DNA of 12,451 nt from NCBI GenBank assembly GCA_964530305.1, contig CAZGYS010000114.1:598-13048 (forward strand), given 5' to 3'. Both the position numbers and the translations under genes were made by a program. Origin of the DNA: an uncultured Leptospiraceae bacterium. Lineage in GTDB: Bacteria > Spirochaetota > Leptospiria > Leptospirales > Leptonemataceae. Positions 5,952 to 12,451 of the stretch are shown piece by piece (the stretch's first letter is position 1; each line of letters starts with the position of its first letter). The notes under the pieces are model-generated. The model did not search any database. It was not told the origin of the DNA and saw only the letters and a program-made list of their open reading frames with translations.

Positions 5952-8036
5952 ATGAAGGAAATACTGGATCTTTTAACCAGCGGATTGATTGGCCTGTCGG
6001 TACTGGTAATCTTTTTGCTGATTGGCATAGTCTTTTTGCTGACCCGCTTTCTGGCCAAGGTGGAGCCGGGCAAGGCATTGATCATCATCAGTCCTTTCAA
6101 GGGCATGAAGGTATCATTCACCGGCGCGCTGGTATTTCCTTTAATTCATAGAATGGAGATCATGGACATCTCCACCAAGATGATTACCGTGGAAAGGCGG
6201 GGCAAGGACGGCCTGATCTGCAAGGACAACATGCGGGCCGACATATCGGTGAACTTCTACCTGCGCGTAAATCCCACGCGGGAAGACGTCACCCAGGTCG
6301 GCCAGAGTATCGGTGTGGCGCGTGCCTCAACGCGGGAGACGCTGGACTCCCTCTTTCAAGCTAAATTCTCCGAAGCCCTCAAGACCGTGGGTAAACAGAT
6401 GGACTTCGAGGATCTGTTCATGGAGAGAACAAGTTTCAAGGAGCAAATCGTAGAGAGCATCGGAGATAACCTGAACGGCTACAGCCTGGAAGATACGGCC
6501 ATCGACTATCTGGAGCAAACGCCCCTCGAGGAACTGGATGAAAACAACATCATGGACGCGGAAGGTATTCGCAAGATTACCGAAATCACGCTGACCAAAA
6601 AGGAAGTCGTCGAGAAGCGCACCACGGAAACCCGCGAGCGCATCCTGGAGCTGGAAAAACAGCGCAAGGAAGCGGAAGCCAAGCAGAAAAGTGAAATCAT
6701 GATCATCGAAGCCAAGGAAGAGGCCGAAGCCAAACGCGTACAGGAAGAAGAACGCCTGAAGGCCGAATCCGCGCGCATTGCATCGGACGAAAGCATCTCC
6801 GTGGGCGAAGTCAACATGGCTCGTCAGATCGAAGTGGCGGAGAAAAACAAGGAACGGGAAGTCGCCGTGGAAACCGAGCGCGTTGAAAAAGACCGCGCCC
6901 TGGAAGCCACCGACCGCGAAAAGCTCGTGGCCCTGGCCACCATCGAGAAAGACCGCGTGGTGGAAGCCGAGCGCAAGAACATCGCCGATATCGTGCGTCA
7001 ACGCGTGGCCGTGGAAAGAACCGTGGCCGAAGAAGAAGAGACCACGAAGAATACCCGCGCCTTCGCCGGAGCCGACCGGGACAAGCGCGTGGCCATCACC
7101 CACGCCGAAAAGGAAGCCGAGGAAAAACTGGTACTTGAAATCAAGTCCGCCGAAGCACGCGAAAAAGCGGCCGCTCACTTGGCGCGGGAAAAAGAAATCA
7201 ACGCGGACGTGGAGTTCTCCACCGCTTCCAAGCACGCCGACGCCAAGAAGACCCTGGCCGAGGGTATCATCGCCGAGGAAAGCGCCGAGGGCCTGGCCAA
7301 AGTCAAGGTCAAGCAGGCCGACGCCGACGCCATCCGCCGCGTAGGCGAAGCCGAGGCCAAGGCCAAGGAATTCGACTACGAAGTGGAAGCCAAGGGCATC
7401 AAGGAGAAGGGCCTGGCGGAAGTAAACGTCCGCAACGCCAACGCGGAAGTCACCGAACGCATCGGCCAGGCGGAAGCCGAATCCAAGCGCTTCATGTACG
7501 ACGTGGAAGCTCAAGGCATCGAGAAAAAAGCGGAAGCCATGAAAAACTACGACGGCGTGGGCCGCGAACACGAGGAATACAAACTGCAACTGGCCCTGCG
7601 CGAAAAGCTGGAGCTGGAGCGCATCGGCGTGAACAAGGACATCGCCATTGCGCGGGCGGAAGTCCTGGGAACCGCGTTGGAGAACGCGAAGATCGACATC
7701 GTGGGCGGGGACGGACAGTTCTTCGACAAGATCGTCGGGGCCGTTTCCGACGGACGCTCCGCGTCGGCCTTCATGAAGAACAACGAGCCTTTGACCGAAG
7801 TCAAGGACGCCCTGCTGGCCTCCGGGGACGACAATTTGTTGAATCGCATCAAGACCCTGGCCGATCACACCGGCATCTCGGCGGAGAGCGTGAAGGATCT
7901 CACCATCGCCGCGGTGCTCACCAAAATGGCCGTGGCCACGGACGACGGTTGGGTCAAGGAACAAGTCAATTCCCTCTCCGCCATGGCGGACAAGGTCGGC
8001 CTGAGCGATATGAAGCTCGGAAAACTGATGGGTTGA
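5952..8036 (+). CDS. Flotillin-like SPFH/band-7 family protein (YqiK/FloT-like). It has an N-terminal membrane anchor, an SPFH domain and a long Glu/Ala/Lys-rich coiled-coil flotillin tail.
   Basis: The 694-aa ORF begins with a transmembrane helix (LIGLSVLVIFLLIGIVFLLTRFL). The SPFH core is PGKALIIISPFKGMKVSFTGALVFPLIHRMEIMDISTKMITVERRGKDGLICKDNMRADISVNFYLRVNPTREDVTQV. It is followed by about 450 aa of EAxxK/ExxER heptad-like repeats, which are typical of bacterial flotillins. A strong SD (AAGGAGA) lies 11 nt upstream of the ATG. The gene follows a yqiJ/nfeD-like gene, as in known flotillin operons. Confidence 0.9.
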   Translation: MKEILDLLTSGLIGLSVLVIFLLIGIVFLLTRFLAKVEPGKALIIISPFKGMKVSFTGALVFPLIHRMEIMDISTKMITVERRGKDGLICKDNMRADISVNFYLRVNPTREDVTQVGQSIGVARASTRETLDSLFQAKFSEALKTVGKQMDFEDLFMERTSFKEQIVESIGDNLNGYSLEDTAIDYLEQTPLEELDENNIMDAEGIRKITEITLTKKEVVEKRTTETRERILELEKQRKEAEAKQKSEIMIIEAKEEAEAKRVQEEERLKAESARIASDESISVGEVNMARQIEVAEKNKEREVAVETERVEKDRALEATDREKLVALATIEKDRVVEAERKNIADIVRQRVAVERTVAEEEETTKNTRAFAGADRDKRVAITHAEKEAEEKLVLEIKSAEAREKAAAHLAREKEINADVEFSTASKHADAKKTLAEGIIAEESAEGLAKVKVKQADADAIRRVGEAEAKAKEFDYEVEAKGIKEKGLAEVNVRNANAEVTERIGQAEAESKRFMYDVEAQGIEKKAEAMKNYDGVGREHEEYKLQLALREKLELERIGVNKDIAIARAEVLGTALENAKIDIVGGDGQFFDKIVGAVSDGRSASAFMKNNEPLTEVKDALLASGDDNLLNRIKTLADHTGISAESVKDLTIAAVLTKMAVATDDGWVKEQVNSLSAMADKVGLSDMKLGKLMG

Positions 8037-8037
8037 C

Positions 8038-11000
8038 ATGGCCGAGGAAACTTCCACGACAATCGCGGACGAAGAAGTCGGACCGGGCGAAAGCCCGGCC
8101 GGCGAAGGCTCCCAGGGCGGCGGCGCCCTTGAGGGTGGTTCCTATGAGATCATTCGCAATCGCCTTTCCAAAATAGGCGATGAACTCCTGGAGCGCATCA
8201 ACCAGCTCAACGGCCGACGCAAGGAAGTCTTCGGCGCGCTGGACAATCGCCTGGTGGGGCAGGAGCAGATCCTCACCGACACCAATTGCGTCCCCATCGA
8301 CATGAAGTCGCTGGGCGGCAATCGCTTGATTTTCGGTTATCGCGTCTATTTAGGTTTGAAGACGACGCCGAAGATCTCGGATGTCTTCAGCCTGTATGAA
8401 TTCAAGGACGATAAATTCGAACCGGCACCCGCGGATTTTCTGGAGACGCCGGCCTTCGTCCGCGATTTCAACGACCTCTTTAACTATTATAAGAACTCCC
8501 GGTTCGTAACCTTTCATAAGGACGAATCGCGCCTGCTGATGGTTTTCCAGGTGGGCAAGGAAAGCGAGGACATTCGTGCCTTCAAGTGGCTCCTGAACGG
8601 GGACAATACCCTGACCTACGTAAACAATCGCGCCGAGCGCGAATACGTTTACCCGCCCCAGCACGAATTCGAATGGAAGCGAGCCACGCGGGATCAACAG
8701 ATCTACGGCACGCACCCGCACATCTCCATCGAGGACAAGGTTTTCGTGGAGTGTACCGGCGGCGATTTAACCATCAAGGTCGAGAACAATACCGATTCCG
8801 GCGCCGGCATTTATCGCGAGGACGTGGAACACAAGGACCAGACGCTGGACGACGCGGAAGTTCACTACGCCGTTCTGGATCACGTGGTACTTTTGCGCAT
8901 CAAGCCCTTTCGCGAAAAGGACTACCGCTATATTATTTTTAATGAGAAGACCGAAAAGGCCGTGCGGGTGGACGACATCGAGCAGAGCGCCATTCGTCTG
9001 CCCGAGGACGACGGTCTGATCTTTCCCCGGGGTTACTATCTGGAGAGCGGCGAATATAAGCGCTTCGAGCTGGAGATTCCCTCCATGCAGTATCGCAAGC
9101 TCTTGCCCTCGTCAAACGGCGAAGACTTCCTGTACGTTTTCTTCAACGCCGACCTGGGCGAATACATTCTGCTGCAATACAATCTAATCGAAAAGAAAGT
9201 CGAAAACCCCATCTACTGCCACGGCTTCGCGCTCTACGAAGACGGCAAGATGATCTTCTTCAAGGGCGATGAGCAGGCCAAGAAGAATCACGGCATTCAA
9301 ATCTGGCAAACGCCCTTCGTCAGCGACAAGCACATGCAACTGGCCGTGAAGGACGATTCGGAACTGAATCGCATCGGTAACAAGGAGCTGGTGCGGGGCA
9401 TAGCGGATTTGCGTTCCGTGTTGAATCTGTTGCGCACGGAAAAAGTCTACCTGGGTCTTTATCATCAAATCGCCCGCAAGGTTACCAATACGCTGGACTT
9501 CCATCACTGGATGGGATCCGACCAGGTCTTTAATCCGAAGGAAGTCCTGCAACGCGCGGGCGAAACCGCCAAGGGCGCGCTGGAAGAGTACGAAAAAGTC
9601 GTGCAAATTCGCGCGAACACCGAGAACGCCGTGAAGGCCGCCTCGAGTCGCATGGAAAAACTGGAGCTGGAGCTGGGCGGCCGTCGCTTCGAACAGATCG
9701 AGCAGTACGTGGAAACCCTGGCGGATCTGCGCATGGAGCGCGGCAAGATCATTTCCCTGAAAGAATTGCGCTACGTCGACGCGAACAAGGTCGACGAGCT
9801 GGAAGCCATCGCCGTAAGGCTGCACGACGTGACCGCCCATGGGTGCGTGGAGTTTCTGTTAAAACCCGAGGCGCTCACGCCCTTCATGGACAAACTCAAG
9901 GACTACGAGGGGCAAATCACGGAGCTGGAGAAAGTGGCCCAGTTGCGCGAACTGGGTGAGAAAATCGCCCAGGTAAACGAGAGCGCCAACCTGCTGACCG
10001 AGATGGTCAACAACCTGGAGATCGACGACGCCACTCAGACCACGAACATCATCAACAACATCTCGAATGTTTATACGCGCATCAACCAGGTCAAGGCCGC
10101 GCACAAGAAACACACCCATTCCCTGCACGCCCAGGAGTCCAAGGAAGAGTTCGCCGCGCAGTTCAAGCTCATCAGCCAGACCGTGGCCACCTTCCTGGAT
10201 CAAGCCGATTCGCCCGAACGCTGCGAAGAGCTTCTGACGCGGGTTCTCGTTCAACTGGAGGAACTGGAAGCACGCTTCGCCGATTTCGACGAGTACATCG
10301 AGGAGCTTTCGCGCAAGCGCGAGGAGATCTACAGCGCCTTCAATTCGCGCAAGGTGCAACTGGAAGAAGGTCGCAACAAGCGCAGCGCCACGCTATGGAA
10401 ATCCGCGGAGCGCATCCTCAAGGGCGTATCCAATCGCATGTCCCAGTTGAAGGGCATCGACGAACTAAACGCCTACTTCGCGGGAGACGCCATGATCACC
10501 CGCGTGCGGGACATCGTTGAGAAACTGGCGGAGATGGGAGATCAGGTGAAGTCCGAGGACATCGCCGGTCGCCTCAAGAGCCTCAAACAAGAAGGCGCGC
10601 GTCAGTTAAAAGACAAGCTGGACCTCTTCGCCGACGGCGCGGACGTCATCAGTCTGGGTCGCCATAAGTTTCTGATCAATACCCAGTCCGCGGAACTGAC
10701 CACCGTCAATCGCGACGGAGAAATGTGCTTTCATTTAACGGGCACGGAATTCTTCGAACCCATTCAAGACGAAAGCTTCGAAGCCACCCGACCGTTCTGG
10801 GAACAGGAGCTGCCTTCGGAGACGTCGGAGATCTATCGCGCCGAATACCTGGCGTACAAGATTATCCGCTCCGTGCGTGAGGAAGGCACGCCCCTTTCGG
10901 AAAAGGAACTCCACGACATCACCCGGGACCTGGACCGCGAATTTCACAACGCCGAACCCAACGAACTCCAGGAAGCCCCGGACTTTCAGAAACTACTGGA

Positions 11001-12451
11001 AGCCGTACGATCCTTCATGGCCGGGCGCTATTCCGAGGGATATGAAAAAGGCGTGCACGATCTGGATTGCGCGCGCCTGCTGACGGCCCTCTACCCCGTG
11101 TACGCCCGCGCGGGCGCATTGCGATTCGCGCCGGATACGCGCGCTTATGGATATTTGTACTGGCGCCACGCGGAGCACACCGAGGCCAAGGAGTTGCTGG
11201 GTCGCAAGATTCGCTCCTATGGCCTTCTGGGCGAACTGACTCCCACGGCCAACGCTCATCCCGTTTACGTCGAGCAATTGAACGAGATGGTCGCCGCCTG
11301 GTTCGAGGACCAGGGCATTCCCGCGAAACCGGGGGCCCTGCGCCACACGGCGGACTACCTATTCGAGGAACTCAAGGCGGGCCGCGGCGACGCCATGGGC
11401 GGCGCGAAGGGCACCGGCCACATGTTTCCCATCAACGGGCAGGCCTATGATATCTACATGGCCTTTCGCGATTTTCTCAAGTCGAAGAAATCCATTCGCC
11501 GTTTCAATGAAGCCGTGAAGAGCATCGGTCCGGGAGCGGGAGGACGCCTGTCCATCATTCAGGACTGGGTGGGAGCTTTCGTGGATGCCCACGAGGAGAT
11601 GAATTCGGACTTCGTCCTGGAAACCTCCATGGCCGTGCTCGACGAAACGCTGGACGATAAACTGGACGGCGATCTGGATTCCGGACTCGTCGTGAAAATC
11701 GACACAACCTGCACGGCACGAGGCATGATGGGGCGTCACCCGCGCATCGAAGACGGCAACCTCAGCGTGGACGTGGCCGACTTCCTGATGCGACTCGACG
11801 AATTCGAGACCGAGAGCGTACCGCGCTACCGCGATTACACGCAACTCAAGCACGACCTTACCGAAAAACAAAAAGACGTCATGCGTCTGGACGAATTCAA
11901 GCCGCGCATCATGAGCGCCTTCGTGCGTAACAAACTCATCGATACGGCCTACCTGCCCCTCATCGGCGCGAACCTGGCCAAGCAGATGGGTTCCTACGGC
12001 GATCAAAAACGCACGGACCTCATGGGCCTGTTGATGCTGATTTCGCCGCCCGGTTACGGCAAGACGACCTTGATGGAGTACATCGCCAATCGCCTGGGGC
12101 TGATCTTCATGAAGATCAACGGTCCGGCTCTCGGCCACAATGTCGTGTCCCTGGATCCGCAGGAGGCGCCCAACGCCACCGCGCGCGAAGAGGTGAACAA
12201 ACTCAACCTGGCGCTGGAGATGGGCAACAACGTCATGATCTACCTGGACGACATCCAGCACACGCACCCGGAGTTTCTTCAAAAGTTTATTTACCTCTGT
12301 GACGCGCAGCGCAAGATCGAGGGTGTCTATCGCGGACGCACGCGAACCTACGACCTGCGGGGCAAGCGCGTCTCGGTGGTCATGGCCGGCAACCCGTATA
12401 CGGAAAGCGGCGAAAAGTTCCAGGTCCCCGATATGCTGGCCAACCGGGCCG
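8038..12451 (+). CDS. Giant multidomain protein, 3'-partial, with at least 1471 aa in the window. It has an N-terminal beta-rich region (about aa 1-480), a central coiled-coil region of about 370 aa, an alpha/beta middle region and a C-terminal AAA+ ATPase domain. Its architecture is reminiscent of the large proteins annotated as 'DNA repair ATPase' (DUF3686 plus AAA), but I have not verified this.
   Basis: ATG 8038 lies 1 nt after the flotillin TGA (8034-8036). Frame 1 has no stop from 8038 to the window end. I translated it myself. The ORF track omits it because it lacks an in-window stop. Every other + strand ORF listed in this span is in a different frame and is R/P-rich junk. The translation is protein-like throughout and begins MAEETSTTIADEEV...GGSYEIIRNRLSKIGDELLERINQL. 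It has heptad-rich segments (EKLELELGGRRFEQIEQYVETLADLRMERGK, VLVQLEELEARFADFDEYIEELSRKREEIYSAF). It ends with an AAA+ core: Walker A LISPPGYGKTTLMEY (nt 12043-12069 encode SPPGYGKTT), Walker B VMIYLDDIQH (YLDD at 12241-12252), sensor-1 VVMAGNPY (12376-12393), then PDMLANRA at the window edge. Confidence 0.8.
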   Translation, partial: MAEETSTTIADEEVGPGESPAGEGSQGGGALEGGSYEIIRNRLSKIGDELLERINQLNGRRKEVFGALDNRLVGQEQILTDTNCVPIDMKSLGGNRLIFGYRVYLGLKTTPKISDVFSLYEFKDDKFEPAPADFLETPAFVRDFNDLFNYYKNSRFVTFHKDESRLLMVFQVGKESEDIRAFKWLLNGDNTLTYVNNRAEREYVYPPQHEFEWKRATRDQQIYGTHPHISIEDKVFVECTGGDLTIKVENNTDSGAGIYREDVEHKDQTLDDAEVHYAVLDHVVLLRIKPFREKDYRYIIFNEKTEKAVRVDDIEQSAIRLPEDDGLIFPRGYYLESGEYKRFELEIPSMQYRKLLPSSNGEDFLYVFFNADLGEYILLQYNLIEKKVENPIYCHGFALYEDGKMIFFKGDEQAKKNHGIQIWQTPFVSDKHMQLAVKDDSELNRIGNKELVRGIADLRSVLNLLRTEKVYLGLYHQIARKVTNTLDFHHWMGSDQVFNPKEVLQRAGETAKGALEEYEKVVQIRANTENAVKAASSRMEKLELELGGRRFEQIEQYVETLADLRMERGKIISLKELRYVDANKVDELEAIAVRLHDVTAHGCVEFLLKPEALTPFMDKLKDYEGQITELEKVAQLRELGEKIAQVNESANLLTEMVNNLEIDDATQTTNIINNISNVYTRINQVKAAHKKHTHSLHAQESKEEFAAQFKLISQTVATFLDQADSPERCEELLTRVLVQLEELEARFADFDEYIEELSRKREEIYSAFNSRKVQLEEGRNKRSATLWKSAERILKGVSNRMSQLKGIDELNAYFAGDAMITRVRDIVEKLAEMGDQVKSEDIAGRLKSLKQEGARQLKDKLDLFADGADVISLGRHKFLINTQSAELTTVNRDGEMCFHLTGTEFFEPIQDESFEATRPFWEQELPSETSEIYRAEYLAYKIIRSVREEGTPLSEKELHDITRDLDREFHNAEPNELQEAPDFQKLLEAVRSFMAGRYSEGYEKGVHDLDCARLLTALYPVYARAGALRFAPDTRAYGYLYWRHAEHTEAKELLGRKIRSYGLLGELTPTANAHPVYVEQLNEMVAAWFEDQGIPAKPGALRHTADYLFEELKAGRGDAMGGAKGTGHMFPINGQAYDIYMAFRDFLKSKKSIRRFNEAVKSIGPGAGGRLSIIQDWVGAFVDAHEEMNSDFVLETSMAVLDETLDDKLDGDLDSGLVVKIDTTCTARGMMGRHPRIEDGNLSVDVADFLMRLDEFETESVPRYRDYTQLKHDLTEKQKDVMRLDEFKPRIMSAFVRNKLIDTAYLPLIGANLAKQMGSYGDQKRTDLMGLLMLISPPGYGKTTLMEYIANRLGLIFMKINGPALGHNVVSLDPQEAPNATAREEVNKLNLALEMGNNVMIYLDDIQHTHPEFLQKFIYLCDAQRKIEGVYRGRTRTYDLRGKRVSVVMAGNPYTESGEKFQVPDMLANRA
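11900..12451 (+). other. AAA+ ATPase domain (truncated by the window end) at the C-terminus of the giant ORF.
   Basis: The P-loop GYGKTT, a hydrophobic run followed by DD (Walker B), and an Asn-containing sensor-1 (AGN) appear in the canonical order and spacing (about 65 aa from Walker A to B, about 45 aa from B to sensor-1). The Walker A variant SPPGYGKT differs from the usual GPPGTGKT. Confidence 0.7.

Noticed and set aside
6778-7344. 188-aa + strand ORF in another frame inside the flotillin gene. It is rich in P/K/R/S/T/W.
   Set aside because: It is an out-of-frame reading of the GAA-GCC-rich coiled-coil repeats. It has no start context or domain. The same applies to the off-frame + ORFs 7949-8176, 8586-8942, 10877-11083 and 11067-11450 inside the giant gene.
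1-12451. Mobile genetic element, prophage or integrative element
   Set aside because: There are no transposase, integrase or recombinase genes, no terminal inverted repeats, no tRNA attachment site and no abrupt GC shift other than the AT-richer intergenic spacer. Nothing supports a mobile-element call.

Overview
This is a GC-rich (about 60%) bacterial window, and every convincing gene is on the + strand. It holds two cell-envelope gene clusters separated by an unusually long (about 460 bp), relatively AT-rich intergenic region.

Cluster 1 (1-4651) is four translationally coupled or tightly spaced exported proteins:
- The C-terminal part of an alpha-2-macroglobulin (A2M) family protein with an intact thioester motif (GCVEQ). 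Its reading frame is still open at the window edge.
- A VanW-domain protein.
- A secreted protein with an SH3b-like domain and a YfaP-like (DUF2135-like) domain.
- A secreted HEAT-like repeat protein.

Cluster 2 (5113-12451) has three genes:
- A YqiJ/NfeD-like membrane protein. It carries a long alternating Asp-X tract, about 44 residues, encoded by 22 in-frame (GAY-NNN) hexanucleotide units.
- A 694-aa flotillin/SPFH (YqiK/FloT-like) protein.
- A giant ORF 1 nt downstream (over 1470 aa, running off the window end). It has an N-terminal beta-rich region, a long coiled coil and a C-terminal AAA+ ATPase domain.

The supplied ORF track does not list the giant ORF because it has no stop codon inside the window. 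I found it by reading the sequence directly.

I found no rRNA, tRNA, CRISPR array, transposase or integrase. All the long minus-strand ORFs look like antisense artefacts of the + strand genes.

The two most interesting candidates are:
- The tightly coupled YqiJ-like, flotillin and giant AAA+ coiled-coil ATPase cassette.
- An A2M thioester protein partnered with VanW and SH3b/YfaP-like genes rather than the classical PBP1c or yfaTAPQ partners.
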